A DNA stretch of 26,579 nt from a virus (Duplodnaviria > Caudoviricetes). Positions 10,159 through 18,934 of the stretch are shown here, one piece after another. The stretch lies in IMG/VR virus record IMGVR_UViG_3300025731_000014, positions 1 to 26,579 of that record. The stretch is one strand, 5' to 3'. The notes under the pieces are model-generated. The model saw only the letters and a list, made by a program, of their open reading frames with translations, did no database searches and was not told where the DNA came from. Both the position numbers and the translations under genes were made by a program. The stretch's first letter is position 1. The number at the start of each line of letters is the position of its first letter.

Positions 10159-10296
10159 TTATAAAGATTCTTTCTGTAACAAGGCTAATAGCAACTCTAA
10201 TTTAACCATCCCCATGTGTTCTAAAGCGCAGCCTTGATCGCATTTTTTTAACTCTTCTTTTAAATTTATTAATTGTTCTTGTTCTTCTGGTGTCAT
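10159..10296 (-). CDS. Small 45-aa protein downstream of the second fibre-like gene
   Basis: Not in the ORF track. MTPEEQEQLINLKEELKKCDQGCALEHMGMVKLELLLALLQKESL; its ATG lies 5 nt after the upstream stop and it ends just before the next conserved box. Confidence 0.55.
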   Translation of the reverse strand: MTPEEQEQLINLKEELKKCDQGCALEHMGMVKLELLLALLQKESL

Positions 10297-10301
10297 ATTT
10301 T

Positions 10302-12290
10302 TTATTTTGCGGTTACTAATGTTGTTATTTGTGTACTATTATTATTTGCGCCATCAATTACTTGATATACTAAATCACCTTGTAAGTTTGTGAAAACATG
10401 CTTACCAGTTCCGTTTGGTATTCCTTCATATAAAAACCCATACTTATTTTTGTTTGCATTAATCCCTGTAGTATCAATATTTAAATTATTTGTGTAAAAA
10501 TCTCCACTATGCTTAATTGCTGTTAAAAACAAAATACTGTCCGACATTCTTAAATATTGTCCTCTACTAAATACAAATAAGCATTTATTAGTTTGAACGT
10601 TGCTAAAAAACATTCGGTCAACTCGTTTACCGCCTATCATGGTATTCCTCATACGACAAGCATCATCAAAAGTCACATCAATATACGTTACTCCATAAGG
10701 AGATGCGTTTGATGGCATACCACCTATAGTGACGAATTTCATATCACCGTTATTGCTTAACTTCCCTGTAGTTAATATGTGCAGATTTTCAATTTTTCCT
10801 TTATTATTTAAAATGATATTATCCATACAAGTAATTCTTGACAATCCATTTGTTCTATTCTCTGATGCAGAAAATATTTTACATCCTGTACTAAAAGTTG
10901 AATAGGAAATTCCATCAGTAATACTCACCTCAATTCTATTGGTTGATGAATATTGGCTATTGCTATTTAAAAATACCGTGTTTTCTAAATTATGAGCGAT
11001 AAAAGCATCTAGATTTTCAACTACATTTAATTTCGTTTCAATTAACATCGGTTTTGTAGTAGCGGTAGCTGTTTTTTCATTTTCGGAAACAACAACTATT
11101 TCAGGTTGAACAAATGGGATTATAAATAAATCTTTACCATTATCAACTGGAGAGGCTATCACTGTTTGCTTATACACATCGTCATTAGTTACTTCCATTC
11201 TACCTCCATAAACAATATGTCCTGGACTAGAAGTACCCTCTAAAAATATATTATTTGTAGTACCCAGATTACTAAAATCTTGATAGAATTTTTTTTCTTC
11301 TATTAAAGGAAGCACATATTTATGTGTGTCGGTAATATTAATATTGGCAGCGGTTACACCATTGTTACTTCCTAACTTATATACATTATCAGTAGAAGGA
11401 TTTGCTAACAAATAATTTTGCCAATCAGTATCTGACATTTTATATCGTCTGTAACGTTGTACACGCCAATCTTTATTTACATCTATTTTTTTATCAGCTG
11501 AAATACGTCTGGTAATTAACCCCATTCTTTCACCTATTACAACTCCATCTTCATTTTTAATTTGAGTGTCGGTAAAGTCATATGTAAGTAATTCTCCTAA
11601 ATGCGTAATACTTTCTGCTTGTGTAGAAAATTCCGATTCAGAAATTGCGGTTACTATAATTTTCTCTTCAGGAACGGCTTGGTTTTCTTGAGCTGACATT
11701 TGCATATATACTTCTCCGTTATGTACCAGCGTATTAATAACTCCACCAGTTTGCATCATTACTTTAGAATTAGCGTCAATTACAGTCGCATCGGGAGCAA
11801 TAGAAGTAAAGCGAGGTAATGAATATTTAAAAGTAGCGCCTATAATAGTTTGTAAGCCATTAGTAAACCTTATATAAGAGCCTGCATAGTATGCATTTAC
11901 AGTAGTAGTATCGCCAACTTGTACAGCTCCTGAGTAATTTGTAGGAAGTGTCATTACAGTAACGGCTGATCCATTTTGTATATCTAACAAAGGTGGATCA
12001 TAAAACCCATACCCAGTAACAATACCTGTATTTGCAATTGTTTTTTCAATATTTGAAGTATTTGTCCCTTCAATATAATACTTGGTTTGGTAGCCCGACA
12101 AAATATATTTTTGTCCTAGTACTAATGCTCCTTTTGCTACTAAGGTTTTTAATGCATCAAAAGTATATTCTTTTTCAGCGCTGGTAGCAGGTTCGATAAC
12201 CATGCTATCAATTAAATCGCAAAACTGCACTTCAGTAGGCTTGTCTCCCGTTTCGAAGTAGGTTTTTAAGGTTGTTTTTGTTTGTTTCAT
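10302..12290 (-). CDS. Alternative tail fibre / receptor-binding protein
   Basis: N-terminus LKTYFETGDKPTEVQFCDLIDSMV is nearly identical to that of the 2944-4500 fibre; the C-terminal part is Asn/Thr-rich and beta-helix-like. Confidence 0.7.
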   Translation of the reverse strand: MKQTKTTLKTYFETGDKPTEVQFCDLIDSMVIEPATSAEKEYTFDALKTLVAKGALVLGQKYILSGYQTKYYIEGTNTSNIEKTIANTGIVTGYGFYDPPLLDIQNGSAVTVMTLPTNYSGAVQVGDTTTVNAYYAGSYIRFTNGLQTIIGATFKYSLPRFTSIAPDATVIDANSKVMMQTGGVINTLVHNGEVYMQMSAQENQAVPEEKIIVTAISESEFSTQAESITHLGELLTYDFTDTQIKNEDGVVIGERMGLITRRISADKKIDVNKDWRVQRYRRYKMSDTDWQNYLLANPSTDNVYKLGSNNGVTAANINITDTHKYVLPLIEEKKFYQDFSNLGTTNNIFLEGTSSPGHIVYGGRMEVTNDDVYKQTVIASPVDNGKDLFIIPFVQPEIVVVSENEKTATATTKPMLIETKLNVVENLDAFIAHNLENTVFLNSNSQYSSTNRIEVSITDGISYSTFSTGCKIFSASENRTNGLSRITCMDNIILNNKGKIENLHILTTGKLSNNGDMKFVTIGGMPSNASPYGVTYIDVTFDDACRMRNTMIGGKRVDRMFFSNVQTNKCLFVFSRGQYLRMSDSILFLTAIKHSGDFYTNNLNIDTTGINANKNKYGFLYEGIPNGTGKHVFTNLQGDLVYQVIDGANNNSTQITTLVTAK

Positions 12291-12484
12291 ATGTATACTT
12301 ATTATTTTTATTCGTGATATAGAACTCGCTAATACTAACTACTATACCTAAAAAGTTCACTTTATAATACAAGTGTTGCGTATAGCGATGCCATATAAGT
12401 ACTCATCCTAAATGTATAGAATGGAATTATTTTATCTTTTATATTTGGTGTGTAGCCTAGAAATAGGCCGCTAGAATTGTTGGT

Positions 12485-12549
12485 GTAAAAATACTACCTC
12501 AAAGCGGTTTTAAAAAATAATTAACCTTGTAGAATCAGTAGTTTCAGTA
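12485..12549 (-). promoter_or_regulatory. Conserved box TACTGAAACTAC (12538-12549) plus -7-like element; drives the alternative fibre unit
   Basis: Exact copy; TATTTTTAC begins at 12493, a 45-nt offset. Confidence 0.75.
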
Positions 12550-12553
12550 AGTT

Positions 12554-12599
12554 ACAAAAAACACAAACACTACTAATTAGTAGCGTTTGTGTTTTTTGT
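12554..12599 (-). terminator. Intrinsic terminator
   Basis: acaaaaaacacaaac...gtttgtgttttttgt inverted repeat with A/T tracts right after the 12605 stop. Confidence 0.75.
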
Positions 12600-12604
12600 T
12601 TTAT

Positions 12605-12985
12605 CTATTCTTTATAAAAATATACTGTACCATTATTAACGGTATCAGTATCTATAAAAGTGGTATTTTCAGTATCGAATATTATTTTAAAATCATCCGT
12701 ATAATTAAGTATTTCAAAAAAAGAGCCATCTCCAAAAATTTCAATTCCTAAATATTTTTTCAAATGATAAATACATTCACTACAAATTAATTCATTAGCG
12801 TTTAGAAATAAATTATAGCTCTTTTTTATGGTTTTAAAAGTGACTTTAAATATTTCCGATTCAAATAAAACTCTTGAAATTTTATTGTTTCGCATACTGT
12901 AGGAGCTACTTAAGTCAATACAATTATTGCATCGGTTAATTTTAAAATACCTCATTAAGGAATTGAGCGATTTTGGTTTTTTCAT
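12605..12985 (-). CDS. Hypothetical protein with two CxxC motifs
   Basis: 126 aa with CNNC and CSEC; stand-alone between two terminators. Confidence 0.5.
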   Translation of the reverse strand: MKKPKSLNSLMRYFKINRCNNCIDLSSSYSMRNNKISRVLFESEIFKVTFKTIKKSYNLFLNANELICSECIYHLKKYLGIEIFGDGSFFEILNYTDDFKIIFDTENTTFIDTDTVNNGTVYFYKE

Positions 12986-13213
12986 AAGTAAGTTAGTTTA
13001 AGTTTAGTTTGGGTTGGTGAAATTTAATAGGTTTAAGGCTTATTCATCATATAGTTCCAAAAATTGAATTTTATTACCTGTTAAAAAAGTTAAAATTAGC
13101 GTGGCTATTATTTAATTGCGCAAACTCCCAGTTTGTGCGATAAACGATATTTTTTTTAAATAACCCTCCCAGTTTTAACGTAATAATTCACTCAATTATT
13201 ATGCCGAAAATTA

Positions 13214-13256
13214 TTAAAAAAAAGCCCTAACCAATTTACGGTTAAGACTTTTTTAA
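13214..13256 (-). terminator. Intrinsic terminator after the spike unit
   Basis: aaaaaaaagccctaacc...ggttaagactttttt, an imperfect stem with a U-tract on the minus strand. Confidence 0.65.
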
Positions 13257-13269
13257 CTGTTAAAAACTA

Positions 13270-13524
13270 TTAAATAACATTCGCTGTTCCTACTCCTGTT
13301 ACAGGGCCTCCTGATACACTTGTTCCATTTACTTCAGTTATTACCTCTCCTGAGCTTACAAAATCAAATATAGCATCTGCCAATTGGGTTGCTATATCTT
13401 CTCTTGCATCAGAAGATTTTTGTGCGTTTATTGCTGGATCTCCATCGGGATCTATTGCTATATTTGAATTACTAGTTAGTGCAGCTAAAATTGCTGTTTC
13501 TAAAGTTGTTTTTACTAATGCCAT
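13270..13524 (-). CDS. Small spike-associated protein (possible spike tip)
   Basis: 84 aa, 8 nt after the spike gene; Gly/Thr-rich C-terminus GTSVSGGPVTGVGTANVI. Confidence 0.5.
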   Translation of the reverse strand: MALVKTTLETAILAALTSNSNIAIDPDGDPAINAQKSSDAREDIATQLADAIFDFVSSGEVITEVNGTSVSGGPVTGVGTANVI

Positions 13525-13532
13525 ACTTATCT

Positions 13533-14507
13533 CTAATTTAATATTTTTTCTATATCTGTTTTTAAACCCTGTAGCGCTCCAACTGCTGGTCCTGTTCCTT
13601 GTACTACCACAATTTTCATAATTTCATCAATTACTTTGGCCAAGGTTTCTTTTAAATTTTTACCTCCATTACTTACCTCTAAACCATCTGTAGTCAAAAC
13701 TACTTTTGCATCGTCAACGGCTATTTCAAAATTAGCTTCATCAATTTTTGTAGCTACCGCTGAACTATCAGTATGTGTAATAGTTAAGTCTAACGGATCA
13801 ATATGCACTGATTTACTCATTTCAGTATCCTTATCTTCTACCAAAATATCAACAGCCTCTTTAGTTACCTTAATGTCCGACAGTATTTTTGCTTCTTCAT
13901 CCTGCACTAAAACTGCTACAGTATCTTTAGTTGCTTTAATTTCAGAAAGCACTTTAGGTTCCTCGTCTTCATTTTCCGAAGGTGCTAGGTAATTAAACAC
14001 CATATTATCCTTATCAATATTGGCTTTAAACTTTTTACCTACATACAGTTCCAACAAGCTTGCTTTCAGTTTAATTTCAATATATTCAGGATCTTCAGGT
14101 TCATCCTCCCCTTCTTTAACAGGAGTGTTTACTCGCATAAGTATATTGTCAATTTCTGAGTACTGTGATACAAATGCCTTGGTACTTACACTATCAATTA
14201 TGGATACCAATACCCAACTTCCTTTTCGAGGCACAATAATTAGCCCTTCGTCATTAGTATTTATTGCCGCTTTTAAACGGACGTATTTCATTTCTAATTT
14301 TGCTAAATCCTCATCTGCTTTTCCACTATCCAGTTCTTTTTTTATCAAGTCATAATCCGCATCTGTAATAATTTTTCGTACCGTTACTTCATACTCAGGG
14401 TTACCATCAACAACTTCAATAGTGTTGTTTGTTACTATTGCCGGAAAGGTATTTACTCTATCCTTTTTACTGGCAATTTGCTTAATAATATCTGCTATTT
14501 CACTCAT
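13533..14507 (-). CDS. Central spike (gpV-like)
   Basis: OB-fold-like N-terminus (VRLKA...LIIVPRKGSWVLV) followed by repetitive short beta-strands; follows the hub in the minus-strand order. Confidence 0.75.
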   Translation of the reverse strand: MSEIADIIKQIASKKDRVNTFPAIVTNNTIEVVDGNPEYEVTVRKIITDADYDLIKKELDSGKADEDLAKLEMKYVRLKAAINTNDEGLIIVPRKGSWVLVSIIDSVSTKAFVSQYSEIDNILMRVNTPVKEGEDEPEDPEYIEIKLKASLLELYVGKKFKANIDKDNMVFNYLAPSENEDEEPKVLSEIKATKDTVAVLVQDEEAKILSDIKVTKEAVDILVEDKDTEMSKSVHIDPLDLTITHTDSSAVATKIDEANFEIAVDDAKVVLTTDGLEVSNGGKNLKETLAKVIDEIMKIVVVQGTGPAVGALQGLKTDIEKILN

Positions 14508-14655
14508 GTATATAGGTGTTATGTTATCGTTTTTACTTCCTACAAGATGTTGTATTAGGATGCCTGCCTCATGGCTATATTGAAGCGATTATTTAATATC
14601 GTTTAGTTGAAATACATGCAGAACTAATCCGCATACTATCTTGTAGAATTATGGG

Positions 14656-14720
14656 GCTAAATTCGTGCTTTTATACAAATTCACCTAAGTTTTAAAGCGC
14701 TCAAAACAGTAGTTTCAGTA
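14656..14720 (-). promoter_or_regulatory. Conserved box TACTGAAACTAC (14709-14720) plus a weak -7-like element; drives the spike unit
   Basis: Exact copy; GAATTTAG begins at 14664, a 45-nt offset. Confidence 0.7.
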
Positions 14721-14826
14721 GTTTGTTTTTGCATTCAAGTCTTTAATTGTTTTTCAGGAAGTCTCTTTTATATTTATTGAGAAATTACTTTATTGTTATT
14801 CAAACCCCTCGTAATAACTGTGTAAA

Positions 14827-14894
14827 TTCCTTACTAATTTCAATACAAATGCTTACTTTTAGTTCCTAATTATTAACTAATATTGCTAAAAATG
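14827..14894 (+). repeat. Direct repeat copy 1 (probable duplicated promoter) upstream of the TAC module
   Basis: First 35 nt are identical to 16473-16507, and the match continues with few differences to ...tattgct(g)aaaaatg; contains TAATATTG, a -7-like element. Confidence 0.85.
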
Positions 14895-14985
14895 ATGTTT
14901 CTTCATTGAAAACCAGAAGACCATATTTGTAGGATATTGCTAAAAATGAATGTTTTAGCGCGATAATGTTATTAATATGTTAATA

Positions 14986-15035
14986 ATATTCACTTTTAAG
15001 TGAATTAATTTTGTGATTAACTTAAAAGTGAATAT
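14986..15035. promoter_or_regulatory. 16-bp perfect inverted repeat over the toxin start (candidate autoregulatory operator)
   Basis: atattcacttttaagt (14986-15001) / acttaaaagtgaatat (15020-15035). Confidence 0.6.
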
Positions 15036-15546
15036 GTTTGTAGAAGTATTTTCAGATAAAGGTAGTAAAGTTACCTTTTATACTATTCGTAAAGAAGATG
15101 CAGCTATTTTTGAAACAGAAGCTTTTTTCAGAAATGTGCATAATAGTGATTATAAAGAGGATGTTTATAAACTAACTAGATTACTATCGCATACGATAGC
15201 TAATAAATATGGAGCTTATGATAAATATTTCAACAGACATGAACAAGAAGCAACAGCATTACCACCTAAAAAATTTGCAGCATTTAAAAACGAAAAAATT
15301 GTAAGTTTTGCCTATTCACCATTGAGACTTTATGCGCTGAAAGTATCAGATTCAATAGTTATTCTTTTTAATGGTGGTTTAAAATTTACAAAGGGCTCAG
15401 CACAAAACGACCCAAATGTTAGTATTCATTTTTATCAAGCCAATGAATACGCTAAAAAAATAAGAGAAGCTATACGAGAAGGAATGATTATTGTGGAAGA
15501 TAAAACAATGACTGACTTTCAAGGAAATACAGAAATACTAATCTAA
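15013..15546 (+). CDS. RelE/HigB-like toxin of a TAC module (start may be ATG 15034)
   Basis: LRLYALKVSDSIVILFNGGLK resembles the RelE/HigB C-terminal strands; first gene of a toxin-HTH-SecB triplet. Confidence 0.65.
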   Translation: MINLKVNMFVEVFSDKGSKVTFYTIRKEDAAIFETEAFFRNVHNSDYKEDVYKLTRLLSHTIANKYGAYDKYFNRHEQEATALPPKKFAAFKNEKIVSFAYSPLRLYALKVSDSIVILFNGGLKFTKGSAQNDPNVSIHFYQANEYAKKIREAIREGMIIVEDKTMTDFQGNTEILI

Positions 15547-15557
15547 AAACAACTATT

Positions 15558-15965
15558 ATGGTAAATGAGTTTTTTCAAAAATTAATTGATGAAACCCCAA
15601 AAGATATTCAAATTTTTGTTGATAAATATGAGGATATAACGATGAGGATTCATGAGTTATTGAATTCAAAAGGTATGAGCCAAAAAGATTTGGCTGAAAA
15701 GCTTAATAAAAGACCTTCGGAAATAAGCAAATGGCTTAATGATGGTCATAACCTAACGTTAAAAACAATTTCAAAAATAGAAGCGGTTTTAGACGAGGAT
15801 ATAATCAATGTGCCACAAATCAAGTCTTTTACAGATAAAGAGGATGAAAATAGCTTTAGTGGGGAAACAACTTTCACTGTTATTAAAAACACCAAGAAAG
15901 AAAAGCTTGTTTTTGATAATGCTATAGTGATATCGGATAAAATAATTAAAAAAAGAATTGCTTAA
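15558..15965 (+). CDS. XRE-family HTH antitoxin (HigA-like) with C-terminal extension
   Basis: MSQKDLAEKLNKRPSEISKWLNDGHNLTLKTISKIE HTH, plus a ~50-aa tail consistent with a chaperone-addiction (ChAD) region. Confidence 0.8.
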   Translation: MVNEFFQKLIDETPKDIQIFVDKYEDITMRIHELLNSKGMSQKDLAEKLNKRPSEISKWLNDGHNLTLKTISKIEAVLDEDIINVPQIKSFTDKEDENSFSGETTFTVIKNTKKEKLVFDNAIVISDKIIKKRIA

Positions 15966-15966
15966 A

Positions 15967-16425
15967 ATGGATAAGAAATTTAATCCTGAAAAATTAACAA
16001 TAACCGATTTTAAAGTGATTAAGGGTGAAATTGAAGCCCCTTTTGAATTTGACTGTGATGCTATTAAGGATTATGAGACAGACTTGTCATTTAACGCATC
16101 ATTTATTGTAGATAAAAAAATTATTAAAGCTGACATAGGCTTTGTAATTGAAACAAATAGTAGTACTGAGCAAAAAGAAGCTAAAGCTAAATTTGATTTA
16201 GTGTATGTTTTTAAAGTAGAAAACTTACAAGAGTTAATTGTATTAGAAGAAGAAAAAATAGTAGACTTTGAATTAGCGCTTTTGACAGCAATTGCAGCAA
16301 TTTCGTTTTCAACATCAAGGGGTGTTTTTTTAACTAGACTAAAAGGAACTGCTTTAAAAGATTATATGCTTCCAGTAATTGATCCTAAAAAGCTATTGGC
16401 TGAATGGATTGAAGTAAAAGAATAA
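15967..16425 (+). CDS. SecB-like chaperone of a TAC module
   Basis: Four beta-strand-like segments, then AISFSTSRGVFLTRLKGT...MLPVIDPKKLL, matching the SecB helix and LPxI/V motif; ATG lies 1 nt after the antitoxin stop. Confidence 0.72.
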   Translation: MDKKFNPEKLTITDFKVIKGEIEAPFEFDCDAIKDYETDLSFNASFIVDKKIIKADIGFVIETNSSTEQKEAKAKFDLVYVFKVENLQELIVLEEEKIVDFELALLTAIAAISFSTSRGVFLTRLKGTALKDYMLPVIDPKKLLAEWIEVKE

Positions 16426-16459
16426 AAAAAGAGCTACTTATTGTAGCTCTTTTTTTATT
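16421..16459 (+). terminator. Intrinsic terminator
   Basis: aataaaaaaagagctac-ttatt-gtagctctttttttatt, a perfect 17-bp stem. Confidence 0.85.
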
Positions 16460-16472
16460 TCACACAATACTT

Positions 16473-16541
16473 TTCCTTACTAATTTCAATACAAATGCTT
16501 ACTTTTAACTCCTTATTTTTAACTAGTATTGCTGAAAAATG
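16473..16541 (+). repeat. Direct repeat copy 2 (probable duplicated promoter) upstream of the MORN-repeat gene
   Basis: Matches 14827-14894. Confidence 0.85.
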
Positions 16542-16643
16542 TATTTTTGACAAACACCAACCTGCTATGGTACGGTGTTTGTAATACCTACTTAAAATTA
16601 ACTAACCTGGTTCTCTTAACTGAGACCGAAAACAACATTACAC

Positions 16644-17384
16644 ATGAAACACTATTTTATCACCCTTTTTCTAGTACTAAGCCTTAGCCTAAATGCACAA
16701 GAAACCGCAACTATTGATACTCCTACACAAACCGAATTGCGTAGTGAAATAAGTAAAAAACATGATGATGGTACTAAAAAACAAGAACGTTTTTTTAATA
16801 CTGAAAACAAAAAAGTAAAAACTATTAATTATTATGAGAATGGAAAAACAGCCTCTGTATTTACTTTTTATGAGAACGAAAAAAACAAAACTGGGACACA
16901 GTATAATAAAAAAACTGGAGAAATAGATCAAAAGCGCTTCTATTACAATAGCGGTAAAACAAAAGCTAAGATTTACTATGAAACGGTATATAATAGTACT
17001 GCTCAAAAACAAGAATTAAAGCCACAACGCATGTATTTTTATTATGAAAATAAGAAAGAAAAATTTGTAGCTTCATGGCAATATGGAACCTTAAATGATA
17101 TAGAATATTATAATAGTGAGGGGCACAAAATACGTAATGTAGGCCTTTCCTCAAAAGGGTATAAAGTAACCGAAGCATTTTGGTATTACGGCCATATACA
17201 CGGTTGGGCATTCGGATATGACAAGGGGGGGAATATTATTGATAAATCTTTTAGCTATAAAGGTAAACCTGCAGACCCTGCAGATTACCCTGAATGGGAA
17301 AAACATATTACCGAGTTTGATAAAATACCAGCCTTGGAAAAAGAATTGGATGGGTTGTTGCATCAATATGAGTTAGTGAAATAA
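16644..17384 (+). CDS. Secreted MORN-variant repeat (YwqK-like) protein
   Basis: Signal peptide MKHYFITLFLVLSLSLNA-Q and repeated YYENGK / YYNSGK / YYNSEG units. Confidence 0.75.
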   Translation: MKHYFITLFLVLSLSLNAQETATIDTPTQTELRSEISKKHDDGTKKQERFFNTENKKVKTINYYENGKTASVFTFYENEKNKTGTQYNKKTGEIDQKRFYYNSGKTKAKIYYETVYNSTAQKQELKPQRMYFYYENKKEKFVASWQYGTLNDIEYYNSEGHKIRNVGLSSKGYKVTEAFWYYGHIHGWAFGYDKGGNIIDKSFSYKGKPADPADYPEWEKHITEFDKIPALEKELDGLLHQYELVK

Positions 17385-17385
17385 C

Positions 17386-17482
17386 GAGATTGCCACAACT
17401 TTTTATCAAAAGTCTCGCAATGACGTTATGATTTTATATGAAGAGATAGCTTCACTACCGATAGCAATCAGGACGCAATGAC
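17386..17482 (+). repeat. Two REP-like elements (GAGAT..C...CGCAATGAC)
   Basis: gagattgccac...ctcgcaatgac (17386-17424) and gagatagcttc...acgcaatgac (17443-17482), resembling Flavobacteriaceae extragenic repeats. Confidence 0.6.
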
Positions 17483-17525
17483 AATAAAAAAAGGAGCTAC
17501 CATATGGTAGCTCCTTTTTTTATTG
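17482..17525. terminator. Bidirectional terminator between convergent genes
   Basis: Perfect 44-bp palindrome caataaaaaaaggagctaccat/atggtagctcctttttttattg. Confidence 0.85.
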
Positions 17526-17527
17526 AG

Positions 17528-17638
17528 CCCCCTCCTTTTAAAGGAGAGGTGTCCGTCAGGACGGGATGGTTATTATTAAGCGTAGCTAATAAACATTAAC
17601 CCCTTCGCCTTCGGCACCTCCCCTTACTAGGGGAGGAA
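17528..17638. repeat. GC-rich REP-like element pair
   Basis: ccccctcctttt..aaggagagg... and ...cctcccct..aggggagg hairpins; GC-rich against the AT-rich background. Confidence 0.55.
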
Positions 17639-18874
17639 TTAATTTTCTTTTATTTCTTTTTTAATCTCATTTACTGCTTTTCCTAAAATAATTTCTTGTC
17701 TAAAACCTCCTTGCCCAAAGGTATAGTTTACCGCATCAACATAATAATCAGTATTTCGGTGCGTTTCTTCTTCCTCTGTTTTTTCTTCTTTTTCACGCAA
17801 CTCCACTACACCACCATGGCGTACAAAACCACCAAAGGTTTTTACATCGGTATCGCCTGTGTACAACACATCGCCAAAAGTAGTTAAGCTTCCTCTAAAG
17901 CCCTCATAAACCAATTGTTTTAATTTAGTGTCCGCTAAACTTTGATATTGAGTTGAAAAACCCTCTTCAGAAAAACCATCATCTGAGTCCTCACCTCCAC
18001 TTAAATCTACCTCTGAAGTATTAATGGTATAACTGATGGTTTGAGTTATACCTTCTTTTATTACAACTTCTTCTCCATTTTCTTTGAGTAACTTCCCTGA
18101 AATATCTTTTTTATCTGTTACCGTTTTACCGGTAATTTTATATTTTACTGCTACACTTACATCCTCTAAACTTTTGTACTCCAATTGGTCGGCAATAATA
18201 TTGTTGTAAAACTGAAATACTGGCCTTGGTTCCTTTTTACTAGGGGGCTTTTCTTTTGGATGTGGGGTAGCGGTAATGTGTAAATAGGGCATGTAGGTAA
18301 TACCTTTTTTTTCACAACGGATAAAGCTATGCAATCCGTACTCATCGCGCAAGCGTTCCAACACCTGCATTGGGGTTTGTTCCTTTACCTCAAAATGCCC
18401 TAAATTAAGGTCAATAATATCATCAGAAAGTTGTATTGTCCCTTCTTTAATTTTTGCACTAAAAACTTTGTCTGCTAATAGGTCTTGTACCGTTTTACCG
18501 TCATAAATATTGTTTATCAGCCCTGTTTTTAGTTTATACATGTGGTCCTCACAAATAAGCTCAATAGGTGTGCGTCCTTTTACATCGCGTATAATACCTT
18601 TAAAGGCTAAATTTACTGGGGTGTCCTCTTTATCCAAATCATAGCCTAAATACACTTCAATTTCTGGGCGGTCTTTAGACCATTTTTTTAGCTTATCGCG
18701 TAATTTAGTTTCGCCTAAATCCTTTTGCATAAAACGTGGTAAACTTATTATTGCAGTGTCAGTAAAATTACGCCAGGAGCTTTCTATTTGTATTTCGTGT
18801 ACAAAATTGAGTGTAAACGGCTCTTCATCAGCTCCGTTTTCATATATATCTATTTTACTATGTAATATTTTCAT
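17639..18874 (-). CDS. Baseplate hub (gpD/late-control-D-like)
   Basis: IESSWRNFTDTAIISLPR, VYLGYD, FKG, CEDHMYKLK, GSLTTFG and YYVDAVNYTFGQGGFRQEIILG, a typical hub pattern. Confidence 0.82.
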   Translation of the reverse strand: MKILHSKIDIYENGADEEPFTLNFVHEIQIESSWRNFTDTAIISLPRFMQKDLGETKLRDKLKKWSKDRPEIEVYLGYDLDKEDTPVNLAFKGIIRDVKGRTPIELICEDHMYKLKTGLINNIYDGKTVQDLLADKVFSAKIKEGTIQLSDDIIDLNLGHFEVKEQTPMQVLERLRDEYGLHSFIRCEKKGITYMPYLHITATPHPKEKPPSKKEPRPVFQFYNNIIADQLEYKSLEDVSVAVKYKITGKTVTDKKDISGKLLKENGEEVVIKEGITQTISYTINTSEVDLSGGEDSDDGFSEEGFSTQYQSLADTKLKQLVYEGFRGSLTTFGDVLYTGDTDVKTFGGFVRHGGVVELREKEEKTEEEETHRNTDYYVDAVNYTFGQGGFRQEIILGKAVNEIKKEIKEN

Positions 18875-18934
18875 ATGTGTATTGGTTTTATAGGTATGCT
18901 AAACAATCCTGTTCAATTTTTTCTTTTTTTTATA

